The translations under genes were made by a program, and so were the position numbers. Below the pieces are notes generated by a model, which was given only the letters and a program-made list of their open reading frames with translations, made no database searches and had not been told where the DNA came from. Below, in pieces: positions 7,521 through 16,093 of a DNA stretch of 42,601 nt; within the stretch, counting starts at the first letter, position 1; each line of letters starts with the position of its first letter. The DNA comes from an uncultured Dehalococcoidales bacterium (GTDB lineage: Bacteria; Chloroflexota; Dehalococcoidia; GIF9; AB-539-J10). The stretch is taken from assembly GCA_964429285.1 (NCBI GenBank), contig CAYSBO010000002.1, forward strand, positions 1 through 42,601, read 5' to 3'.

Positions 7521-7946
7521 CTAATTTGCCTGGGCTCTCCGTCTGAACTGGCTTGGTCCAAGCTGCTTTATTTCTTCCGTGAAGCTCTTGACGGTCTCAG
7601 CCACCTTATGCCCCTCAGATGCTGAGATCCATTCCAGCTTGAGCCTGTCGGGTTCAATTCCCATGGCTCCAAGGAAAGGCTTCATAGCTCTGATTCTTCT
7701 CATGGCGTTCAAGTTGCCCTTCAGGTAATGACAGTCTCCTGGATGGCAGCCAGAGACCAGGACGCCATCAGCACCAGCGGTAATTGCCCTAAGTGTCAGC
7801 AGTTCATTTACCCTGCCGCTACACATCACCCTGATTATCCTTACATTGGGAGGATACTGCACTCTTGAAGTGCCAGCCAGGTCAGCACCGGCGTAAGAGC
7901 ACCAGTTACAGAAAAAAGCTACTATTGTTGGTTCGAAGTCCTCCAT
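7521..7946 (-). CDS. mvhD: MvhD/FlpD-like [2Fe-2S] electron-transfer protein (second copy)
   Basis: 141 aa with FFCNWCSYAGADLAGTS, VMCSGRVNE and GADGVLVSGCHPGDCHY. Confidence 0.85.
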   Translation of the reverse strand: MEDFEPTIVAFFCNWCSYAGADLAGTSRVQYPPNVRIIRVMCSGRVNELLTLRAITAGADGVLVSGCHPGDCHYLKGNLNAMRRIRAMKPFLGAMGIEPDRLKLEWISASEGHKVAETVKSFTEEIKQLGPSQFRRRAQAN

Positions 7947-8041
7947 CTATTCTCTCAATTGAGCAGAGGGAGCAGTTCAAGTCCGCCTCTACTTCTCAGG
8001 TCAACAAAACTGATAACTGATAGCATACTTGTCGAAGAATG

Positions 8042-9448
8042 TCAATTTTCTCTCAAATACTCATCAACATCTGCGGCTGCCCGTTTACCGGCCCCCATGG
8101 CGCTTATGACAGTAGCAGCGCCAGTCACTATGTCCCCACCAGCCCAGACTCCTGTCCTGGAGGTTCTGCCTCTCTCATCAGCGACGACAGTGCCATGCCT
8201 GGTCATCTCTAACCCTGGTGTGCGCCTGGGCAGAAGGGGGTTAGGCCGTGTTCCCAATGCTGGGACGAAAGTATCAATGTCCATAGAAAATTCACTCCCC
8301 GGCTTTTCTACCGGACGTCTCCTGCCACTATCATCCGGTTCGCCCAGCTCCATCTCAACACACTCCATAGCTTTCACCGAGCCGTGGGCATCAGGGACTA
8401 TCCGCACAGGCAGGGTTAGTAGTTTGAAGACGACCCCTTCCTCCTTGGCATTCTCCCTTTCTTCCAGCCTGGCTGGCATTTCAGCTTCAGTGCGACGATA
8501 GACAATGTAGACGTCGTCGGCGCCCATTCTCAACGCCCACCTGGCCGCGTCCATGGCGACATTACCGGCGCCAACGACAGCGACCTTCTTGCCGACCTTC
8601 ACAGGCGTGTCATATTCGGGGAAGAGGTAGGCTTTCATGAGGTTAAGTCGGACCAGAAACTCATTTGCCGAGTAAACCATCTTTGAGTTCTCACCCGGTA
8701 TATTGAGGAACATTGGTGCACCGGAGCCAATGCCAAGAAATGCTGCATGGTAGCCATCGGCCAATAGCTCATCAAGAGTCGCTGACCTTCCGATTACCTG
8801 GTTGAGCTTCAGTTCCACACCCAGTATGCTGGTCAAGTAGTCGACCTCCGCCTGGACAATGTTCTTGGGCAGCCTGAATTCCGGTATTCCATAAATAGTC
8901 ACACCTCCCGGGAGGTGCAGAGCCTCATACATGACGACCTTATGTCCGGCTTTAGCTAAATCAGCCGCGCAGGTGAGCCCGGCTGGCCCTGACCCAATAA
9001 TGGCCACCTTCTTGCCCGTAGCTTTGGGCAGGTCAATCTTGAATACACCCGATTCCTCCTGGTTCTCTCGTGCCCAGTCAGAGATAAACCTTTCTAGCCT
9101 ACCTATGGATACGGGCTCCCCCTTCTTCCCCAGGGCACAGTTTTTTTCACACTGTGTCTCCTGCGGGCAAACCCGACCACAGATGGCAGGAAGGCTGTTG
9201 GTGTTATAGACAATTTTAGCCGCCGTGGGCAAGTCCCCCTCGGCTATAGCTTTAACAAAACTCGGGATATCTACGTTAACAGGGCAGTCAGGGACACACC
9301 CGGGCTTCTTACATTGAATGCAACGTTTTGCTTCCTCAACCGCCTGTTCATAGGTGTAACCGTGTGCCACTTCGTGAGGATTTCGCCTGCGAACCTCCGG
9401 AGGTTGCTTACTCATAGGAGTACGGTTCAACTTTAGTTTCTCAGCCAT
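8042..9448 (-). CDS. NfnB/SudA/GltD-family NAD(P)H-dependent FAD, 2x[4Fe-4S] oxidoreductase large subunit (copy 1)
   Basis: 468 aa. N-terminal Fe-S motifs are CIQCKKPGCVPDCPV and CGRVCPQETQCEKNC. Dinucleotide folds are VAIIGSGPAGL and VAVVGAGNVAMD. The C-terminus reads GVWAGGDIVTGAATVISAMGAGKRAA. Confidence 0.85.
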   Translation of the reverse strand: MAEKLKLNRTPMSKQPPEVRRRNPHEVAHGYTYEQAVEEAKRCIQCKKPGCVPDCPVNVDIPSFVKAIAEGDLPTAAKIVYNTNSLPAICGRVCPQETQCEKNCALGKKGEPVSIGRLERFISDWARENQEESGVFKIDLPKATGKKVAIIGSGPAGLTCAADLAKAGHKVVMYEALHLPGGVTIYGIPEFRLPKNIVQAEVDYLTSILGVELKLNQVIGRSATLDELLADGYHAAFLGIGSGAPMFLNIPGENSKMVYSANEFLVRLNLMKAYLFPEYDTPVKVGKKVAVVGAGNVAMDAARWALRMGADDVYIVYRRTEAEMPARLEERENAKEEGVVFKLLTLPVRIVPDAHGSVKAMECVEMELGEPDDSGRRRPVEKPGSEFSMDIDTFVPALGTRPNPLLPRRTPGLEMTRHGTVVADERGRTSRTGVWAGGDIVTGAATVISAMGAGKRAAADVDEYLREN

Positions 9449-9456
9449 GGCTATTT

Positions 9457-10308
9457 TTACTTCCTGCCTGAAAGTGAGACGAAATCCTTTCCGACATGTT
9501 CATCACAAAGGGCGGCGACTCTCTCTTCGTGGGAATAGGCTCTTTTTCGTGATTCGAGTTCATCCCAGTCTACCAGATGTCCATCAAACTCTGGCCCATC
9601 GACACAGGTGAACTTGGTCTCTCCGCCTACGGAGGCCCGGCAAACACCACACATCCCGGTCCCGTCCAGCATAATGGGGGTTAGAGATACAATTGTTTTT
9701 ATGCCATATGTTTTGGTGAGTTCGCATAGAGTTCTCAGTGTAGCAGTGGCCACACTCATGGCAATCACACGGTCAATCTTCTCCCTCTCAAAGATCTCTC
9801 GGAGAAAGTCCAGTCCTGTGTATCCCTCTGAGCCATCATCTGTGGAAATGTAAAAATCGTCGCTTAGAGCTTTCATCTCAGCTTTGAGAATGAGAAGTTC
9901 CTTGTTTCTAGCACCAATCACAGTGATTAATCTGTTGCCTGCCTCCTTGAAGGCAGCTACCTCGTAGGCCATGGGGCCAATCAGTACTCCACCTCCCAGG
10001 CAGAGAACAGTACCAAACTTCTCAATCTCCGTTGGGTTTCCCAGTGGACCAGTTACGTTGTCGATGTCTTCCCCCTCGCTGAGTGTTCCCAGTCTTCGCG
10101 AACTCTTACCTACTTCATTGAATATCAGTCTCACCGTACCCTTGCCCGGGTCGGTACCGCTGATGGTAAGAGGGAATCTCTCCCCTTTCTCGCCCATCTG
10201 TATGACGACGAATTGCCCTGGCCTGGCCCTAAGGGCAATATCGGGATTCTCGAACTCCATGAGTTTTATCTTGGGCGCTAGTTCTTTTTTTACTACTATC
10301 CTGTTCAT
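9457..10308 (-). CDS. NfnA/SudB/PyrK-like FAD, [2Fe-2S] small subunit (copy 1)
   Basis: 283 aa. Motifs: RPGQFVVIQMGEKGERFPLTI (FNR-like FAD barrel), LCLGGGVLIGP, and the C-terminal cluster DGTGMCGVCRA...KFTCVDGPEF. Confidence 0.8.
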   Translation of the reverse strand: MNRIVVKKELAPKIKLMEFENPDIALRARPGQFVVIQMGEKGERFPLTISGTDPGKGTVRLIFNEVGKSSRRLGTLSEGEDIDNVTGPLGNPTEIEKFGTVLCLGGGVLIGPMAYEVAAFKEAGNRLITVIGARNKELLILKAEMKALSDDFYISTDDGSEGYTGLDFLREIFEREKIDRVIAMSVATATLRTLCELTKTYGIKTIVSLTPIMLDGTGMCGVCRASVGGETKFTCVDGPEFDGHLVDWDELESRKRAYSHEERVAALCDEHVGKDFVSLSGRK

Positions 10309-10318
10309 GGCTGAGTTT

Positions 10319-11494
10319 CTACTCTCCTTTCAACGCCGAGACTGCATTGGTGAAGGAATCGAGTTGATCGTTGAAGTCTCCCAAGTGCTTGGGTGAGGTC
10401 TTATGTACTTTGAACCTGTTCTCAACTCCCATCATCCTCAGGCCAGTCGTAAGGACTTTGATATTGTCCTCGGCTGTTCCCCTTGACTCTTTGGACTTAC
10501 AATAGTCATCAGAGCAAGCAACAACAAGCACGCCGTCAAAACCATAGTGGAAGGCCTGGAAGACATTTATCGGGTCGAGCTTGCTGAAACAGGGTATTTC
10601 GAGGAGGGCAACGTTAGGTCTAATGAAGCCAGTCTCGTTTTTGTCAAGGTTGGTAAATTCTGCCCACTGGCAGCAAAATACCAGTATCGCCGGCGACCCC
10701 GCCCCCGTCTTTCTTATGCGGTCGCGATAGCTCGTAATTAGCTCTGCCACGCGTACGCATTCATAACCATCTATCTCGAGTGCCAGATGGGGGCAGACAA
10801 CAGCGCAGGCACCGCAACCGGTACACTTTTCATAGTCTATCTCGGGTGTAGCCAGTGGCTGTGCTTCCAGCGCCTCGTAAGAGCATGTATAGAGACACTT
10901 GTCACAGCCAACACACTTCGCCGTGTCGTATCCTATTTGGTTGGTCTTTTCGATAATGGTGATGGTGTCATTCCCGTAACCAAAGGAGTTGAATAGACTT
11001 CGCAACATGGCTACACGACGCTGGTTCATCGTACTGCCTTTATTGAAGCGGCAGAAGTCCTGGCTGCACTGAATAGCGACAATTCGCTTAATGCCCCTAG
11101 ATAGGGCAGCAAGATAAAACTCCGAAGGCAAGCGTCCGACGCAGGGGACTCTGATTAATATTGGGCTGTCCACGTTTAGCTCGTCAAGGGTCTCAAGCAG
11201 TTGATAATCAGGGCTAGTGCTACCACGGCAGGCCACCACGAGGCTTGCAGTATCTGATGTCTTCTTCGCCTCAACCTCCTCAATCAGTGTATTGTAGCCG
11301 TAGTAATATGGCGTTATGGCACCCGAGGGACAGACACTGGCGCAGATCCCACATAGTGTGCACTTCTCCATGTCTATGACCACCTGGTCTTGATTTAGAG
11401 AAATAGCCTCAAAAGGGCAGGCTGATGAACAGATCAAACATCGGGAGCATAACTCATTGCATATGGTTATCGGAGATACCTCTCTTATTATCAT
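10319..11494 (-). CDS. Fusion protein with two repeats of (2x[4Fe-4S] ferredoxin domain + MvhD-like domain)
   Basis: 391 aa. Repeat 1: CSRCLICSSACPFEAI, CTLCGICASVCPSGAI, then LVVACRGS..VPCVGRL..VAIQCSQDFCRF. Repeat 2: CVGCDKCLYTCSYEAL, CTGCGACAVVCPHLAL, then ILVFCCQWAEFTN..IPCFSKLDP..FDGVLVVACSDDYC. SD GGAGGG lies before ATG 11492-11494. Confidence 0.75.
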   Translation of the reverse strand: MIIREVSPITICNELCSRCLICSSACPFEAISLNQDQVVIDMEKCTLCGICASVCPSGAITPYYYGYNTLIEEVEAKKTSDTASLVVACRGSTSPDYQLLETLDELNVDSPILIRVPCVGRLPSEFYLAALSRGIKRIVAIQCSQDFCRFNKGSTMNQRRVAMLRSLFNSFGYGNDTITIIEKTNQIGYDTAKCVGCDKCLYTCSYEALEAQPLATPEIDYEKCTGCGACAVVCPHLALEIDGYECVRVAELITSYRDRIRKTGAGSPAILVFCCQWAEFTNLDKNETGFIRPNVALLEIPCFSKLDPINVFQAFHYGFDGVLVVACSDDYCKSKESRGTAEDNIKVLTTGLRMMGVENRFKVHKTSPKHLGDFNDQLDSFTNAVSALKGE

Positions 11495-11574
11495 TCATTC
11501 CCTCCACATGCTATTGCCGCACTAGGAGCCGGGGAATATCAGTTCGCTATCATAGTACCAGACATTCAATAGCC

Positions 11575-11719
11575 TCAACCCCAAATCTTTTGCCCAAGTG
11601 AAGCTTCTACTTGAGCGAAAATTTGCTCAGCAGTGGAGTGGTGCATGGAAACAGGTCCCGAAGGGAAGGCAGCACCAGTTCCAGCAAAAAGCTACTATTT
11701 CTGGTTGAAAGTTGTCCAT
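11575..11719 (-). pseudogene. Deletion scar: mvhD 5' end (RBS + 16 codons) fused to a decayed hdrA 3' end
   Basis: 11672-11730 matches the 5' end of mvhD at 7890-7950 at about 80% nt identity by eye, including the RBS and ATG (MDNFQPEIVAFCWNWC vs MEDFEPTIVAFFCNWC). 11575-11670 in another frame reads ...AFPSGPVSMHHSTAEQIFAQVEASLG*, compared with the HdrA (14122-16092) C-terminus ACPSGAITARQFTNEQIFAQVEGVLV*. The Cys ligand is replaced, so it is non-functional. A residual 30-codon ORF spans 11627-11719. Confidence 0.7.
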
Positions 11720-11827
11720 CTATCCTCCCGAAAGGGCCAGCTCACCCTTATTTGTTATGTCAATCATATGGATAGACTATGCGATCCAGCAGTGTCTGCA
11801 AATGACTATAGCAACTTATACGGTAGA

Positions 11828-13234
11828 CTACTCAACACTAGCCCCCAAGTACTCGTCCATATCCCTTGCTGCGCGGCGGGCAGCCCCCATGGCGCTTATT
11901 ACCGTAGCGGCGCCGGTAACTATGTCCCCACCGGCCCAGACTTTGTCCTTCATCGTCCTGCCGGTGGTCTCATCAGCCACTACTGTACCCCACTTGCTTG
12001 TCTTCAAATCAGGAGTAGCGTGAGCAATAAGGGGGTTAGGACGGGTGCCCAAGGCAGCCACCACCATATCCACATCCATGACAAACTCACTTCCCTCTTT
12101 GGCAATGGGGCGCCTCCGACCGCTCTCATCAGGCTCCCCCAACTCCATCTCGTAGCACTCTATACCGACTACCCAGTTCGACTCATTGCCAATGTATCTC
12201 TTGGGGTTTGTCAGCAGCTTGAACTGGATTCCCTCCTCCATGGCATTGTCAACTTCCTCACGGCGGGCGGGCATCTCTGCCTCTGAGCGACGGTAGATGA
12301 TGTACACTTCTTCGGCACCAAGCCGGAGAGAACACCGGGCCGAGTCCATAGCCACATTACCGCCGCCAATCACGGCCACCCTCTTGCTCACCAACACCGG
12401 CGTATCATACTCAGGAAACTTGTATGCCTTCATCAGATTGACCCGCGTCAGGAACTCGTTGGCTGAATAGATGCCGTTCAGGTTCTCGCCGGGAATGTCC
12501 ATGAACATGGGTGCTCCGGCACCGGTACCCAGGAAGATGGCATCGTAGCCGTTCGCCAGCAGTTCGTCGAGGGTCATCACCTTACCCACTACCGAATCCA
12601 GCTCGATCTTTACTCCGAGTGAAGCAACGTAGGCAACCTCAGCCTGCACAATTTCTTTGGGCAGCCTGAACTCAGGGATGCCGTACATAAGCACCCCGCC
12701 AGCCACATGCAAAGCCTCGAAGAGGCTAACGTCATGGCCGAGCTTGGCCAAATCGGCAGCAGCGACCAGTCCGGCTGGTCCAGAGCCGATCACCGCCACC
12801 CGCTTACCGCTTGGGCTAGGTGACCCAGCCCCGGGGTTGAGTGTCCCACTGTTGGCCCGTTCCCAATCAGCCACGTAGCGCTCCAAGCGTCCGATGGCAA
12901 TAGGCGCTCCTTTCTTGGCCAGCGAGCATACTTCTTCACATTGTGTCTCTTGCGGGCAGACCCGCCCGCAGATACCAGGCAGGCTATTCTTATCCTTGAG
13001 TATCCTTACCGCTTCGGGCATATTGTCATCAAGGATAGCCTGGATAAAACCGGGAATATCTATTTCCACCGGGCAGCCATCTATGCAGGGATGTTTGGGA
13101 CACTGCAGGCAGCGGCTTGCCTCGGCTTTAGCTTGCTCGGCGGCGTAGCCCAAGGCAACCTGGTTGAAGTTCCTACCCCGGATCTTGGGGTCCTGCTTTG
13201 CCATCGGTTCCCTGTTAAGATTCACCTTAGCCAT
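11828..13234 (-). CDS. NfnB/SudA/GltD-family NAD(P)H-dependent oxidoreductase large subunit (copy 2)
   Basis: 468 aa, colinear with copy 1. Motifs: CLQCPKHPCIDGCPV, CGRVCPQETQCEEVC, VAVIGSGPAGL, VAVIGGGNVAMD, VWAGGDIVTGAATVISAMGAARRAA. Confidence 0.85.
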   Translation of the reverse strand: MAKVNLNREPMAKQDPKIRGRNFNQVALGYAAEQAKAEASRCLQCPKHPCIDGCPVEIDIPGFIQAILDDNMPEAVRILKDKNSLPGICGRVCPQETQCEEVCSLAKKGAPIAIGRLERYVADWERANSGTLNPGAGSPSPSGKRVAVIGSGPAGLVAAADLAKLGHDVSLFEALHVAGGVLMYGIPEFRLPKEIVQAEVAYVASLGVKIELDSVVGKVMTLDELLANGYDAIFLGTGAGAPMFMDIPGENLNGIYSANEFLTRVNLMKAYKFPEYDTPVLVSKRVAVIGGGNVAMDSARCSLRLGAEEVYIIYRRSEAEMPARREEVDNAMEEGIQFKLLTNPKRYIGNESNWVVGIECYEMELGEPDESGRRRPIAKEGSEFVMDVDMVVAALGTRPNPLIAHATPDLKTSKWGTVVADETTGRTMKDKVWAGGDIVTGAATVISAMGAARRAARDMDEYLGASVE

Positions 13235-13255
13235 ATATGGTGATTAGACCTCCCA

Positions 13256-14095
13256 TCAAGAATGCTTGGCCATCTCGGCCTGGCAACGCTGAAAGGAGCG
13301 TTTTTCCTCATCAAGATAAATACGCTGCCGAGCCGCCAGCAAGTCCCAGTCTACCTGGTGTCCGTCAAAATCAGGACCATCCACGCAGGCAAACTTGGTT
13401 GCCCCACCAACCGATACCCGGCAGCAACCGCACATGCCGGTACCATCGACCATTATCGGATTCAGGCTCACAATGGTCTTCACCCCAAAAGGCTCGGTGG
13501 TTTTGGCGCAGAACTTCATCATCACGGTAGGGCCAATGGCGATAACCCGGTCAACCTTCTCCCCGCTCTCCAGCACCTCCTTCAGAGGCTCAGTTACTAC
13601 CCCTTTGCGACCATACGTCCCGTCATCCGTAGTGACTATTAGCTGATGGCTGGCGTCACGCAGCTTGTCTTCCCAGAAGAGCAAGTCCTTGCTTCGCGCC
13701 CCCAAGATGGAGATAATATTGTTTCCCTTCTCTTTCAGCGCCTTGGCAATAGGCGCTATTACTGCAACACCAACCCCTCCCGCTACACAGACAATAGTGC
13801 CAAATTTCTCAATTTCCGAAGGTACGCCGAGGGGACCAACAAAGTCAGCAATAAAGTCTCCCGCATTGAGCTGGCCCAGCCTGAAGGTTGTCGCTCCTAC
13901 TTCCATGAACACCATGCTGACGCTGCCTTCCTTTTCATCCCAGTCAGCAATTGTCAGAGGGATACGCTCACCCTTTTCATCAACCCTGACCACAACGAAC
14001 TGTCCTGGCTGTGCTTTCCTGGCAACCGCCGGCGCTTCGATTTTGAACAGGTGAATCTTGTTGGCTAAAGTCTCTTTGTCAATGATTCCAAACAT
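13256..14095 (-). CDS. NfnA/SudB/PyrK-like FAD, [2Fe-2S] small subunit (copy 2)
   Basis: 279 aa. Motifs: QPGQFVVVRVDEKGERIPLTI, VCVAGGVGVA, DGTGMCGCCRV...KFACVDGPDF. Confidence 0.8.
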   Translation of the reverse strand: MFGIIDKETLANKIHLFKIEAPAVARKAQPGQFVVVRVDEKGERIPLTIADWDEKEGSVSMVFMEVGATTFRLGQLNAGDFIADFVGPLGVPSEIEKFGTIVCVAGGVGVAVIAPIAKALKEKGNNIISILGARSKDLLFWEDKLRDASHQLIVTTDDGTYGRKGVVTEPLKEVLESGEKVDRVIAIGPTVMMKFCAKTTEPFGVKTIVSLNPIMVDGTGMCGCCRVSVGGATKFACVDGPDFDGHQVDWDLLAARQRIYLDEEKRSFQRCQAEMAKHS

Positions 14096-14121
14096 TTGGC
14101 AAGCTCCATCCTAATTCACCC

Positions 14122-16092
14122 TCATACCAGTACTCCTTCTACCTGAGCGAAAATCTGCTCATTAGTGAACTGTCTTGCAGTTATTGCTCCGCTGGGACAT
14201 GCACCGGCACAGACGCCGCAGCCTTTGCACAAGGCCTCGTTGATTCGGCAGACTTCCTTTTCTTCGTCATAAGAAATGGCGCCAAAGGGACAAAGCGCGA
14301 GGCATGTCTTACAACCGGCGCATTTCTCTTCATCAATTGCTGATACCGCGGCCTCGAGCGTAATTCTACCTTGGCTTATCATTGCTAGAACCCTTGCCGC
14401 CGCTGCTGAAGCTTGGGCTACGGTATCGGGAATATCCTTGGGACTCTGGCAACAACCAGCAACGAAAATCCCCTCAGTAGGCGTAGCTACCGGATCCAGT
14501 TTGGGATGCCTCTCCAGGAAGAAACCGGTCGCCTTCTGGTTTATGGTAAATAGACTCGCTAGCTCTACAGCATCGGGTTGAGGCTCTAGGGCATTACACA
14601 GAATAACCATGTCTACTGGAATACGGATCATACTTCCTAGAAGCGTGTCCTCGGCAACCACGATGAGTTTGTCTTTTTCCTCGTCAGTTATGGCCTGATC
14701 GGTGACCTTGGCTACCTTGCCCCGAACAAAGTTGACTCCTTCTTCGGAGAGACGCGCGTAGAATTCCTCATATCCGTCTCCGAAGCACCGCATGTCGATA
14801 TACAACTGGTAGACGTCTGTGTTTGGCAGCTCTTCCTTAATGTAATTTGCCTGTTTAAGGGCGTACATACAGCAAACCCGGGAGCAATACTCATGATAAT
14901 TCTTGTCTCGGCTGCCAACACAATGGACTATGGCCACGCTCTCCGGCTCTCTGCCGTCCTTAAGGTGAATCTTCCCTTCGGTGGGTCCTGTAGGGCTCAC
15001 CATCCGCTCGAACTCCAGCCCAGTCATGACGCCATCGTATTTCCCGTAACCATACTGAGGAATGCGTTTGGGATCCATAAGGCTATAGCCGGTGGCCAGA
15101 ATAACTGACCCCACCTCTACTTCAATGAATTCGTCTTTCTGGTCAAAATCTATGGCTTCTGCCTCGCAGAGCTTAATGCAAGCTCCGCATTTCTTCCCTT
15201 CTGATTTGATGTAGATGCAGAGATCCGGATCAATGGTGGCAACGTTAGGGATAGCTTGAGGAAACGGAATATAGGCAGCCTTTCTCTTTGCCAGGCCCAG
15301 TTCGAATTCACTATCTGTCTTATAAGGGCATTTCTGCATGCACATACCACAGCCGGTACACTTGTCCTCGTCCACATACCTGGCTTTTTTCCTTATTTTG
15401 GCCTTGAAATTTCCTACGAAGCCGGAAACCTCCTCCACCTCGCTATAGGCCAACAGCTCGATATGGGGATGCGAACCTGCCTCGCTCATCTTGGGAGTAA
15501 GAATACATTGAGAACAGTCCAGGGTCGGGAAGGTCTTGTCAAGCTGGATCATGTGCCCGCCGATGGAGGGATCCCTCTCCACTAGATAGACCTTGTGCTC
15601 AGAGTTGGCAATCTCCAGAGCAGCTTGAATTCCGGCAATTCCCCCACCTACGACCAGAGTATTCGGATTATAGGGAGCCTCCTTGACTTCTAAGGCCTCC
15701 TGGTAGTGAACACGCCTCACCGCGGCGCCGATCAAAGCCTTGGCCTTCTCCGTATTCGCCTTCTTGTCTGAATTGACCCAGGAACATTGCTCTCTTATGT
15801 TTACCATTTCGAATAGATAACGATTTAGCCCGGCGCTTTCACAAACCCGTCGGAAAGTCACCTCGTGTAACCTGGGGGAGCAAGAAGCGACTATAACACG
15901 ATTGAGGTTATGTTCCTTAATGTCTTTTCTAATGAGGTCTTGCCCCGGGTCGGAACACATGAATACGTAATCACGGGACAGCACCACTTCGGGTAGCGTA
16001 CCCGCATATTTTGCTACCTCTTCCACATCGAGTGTCGCTGCAATATTCACTCCGCAGTGACAAACGTAAACGCCGATCCTTATATCTTCCAT
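14122..16092 (-). CDS. hdrA: Full-length heterodisulfide reductase subunit A-like flavoprotein (all four HdrA domains)
   Basis: Motifs: IGVYVCHCGVNIA, LVVGGGIAGIQAA, FPTLDCSQCILTPKM, inserted CTGCGMCMQKCP and CGACIKLCEAEAI, HCVGSRDKNYHEYCSRVCC, C-terminal CAGCKTCLALCPFGAI and CKGCGVCAGACPSGAI. I prefer ATG 16090-16092 (GGAGG 6 nt upstream, TGAAATG junction with hdrBC) over the track's TTG at 16119. Confidence 0.9.
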   Translation of the reverse strand: MEDIRIGVYVCHCGVNIAATLDVEEVAKYAGTLPEVVLSRDYVFMCSDPGQDLIRKDIKEHNLNRVIVASCSPRLHEVTFRRVCESAGLNRYLFEMVNIREQCSWVNSDKKANTEKAKALIGAAVRRVHYQEALEVKEAPYNPNTLVVGGGIAGIQAALEIANSEHKVYLVERDPSIGGHMIQLDKTFPTLDCSQCILTPKMSEAGSHPHIELLAYSEVEEVSGFVGNFKAKIRKKARYVDEDKCTGCGMCMQKCPYKTDSEFELGLAKRKAAYIPFPQAIPNVATIDPDLCIYIKSEGKKCGACIKLCEAEAIDFDQKDEFIEVEVGSVILATGYSLMDPKRIPQYGYGKYDGVMTGLEFERMVSPTGPTEGKIHLKDGREPESVAIVHCVGSRDKNYHEYCSRVCCMYALKQANYIKEELPNTDVYQLYIDMRCFGDGYEEFYARLSEEGVNFVRGKVAKVTDQAITDEEKDKLIVVAEDTLLGSMIRIPVDMVILCNALEPQPDAVELASLFTINQKATGFFLERHPKLDPVATPTEGIFVAGCCQSPKDIPDTVAQASAAAARVLAMISQGRITLEAAVSAIDEEKCAGCKTCLALCPFGAISYDEEKEVCRINEALCKGCGVCAGACPSGAITARQFTNEQIFAQVEGVLV

Positions 16093-16093
16093 T

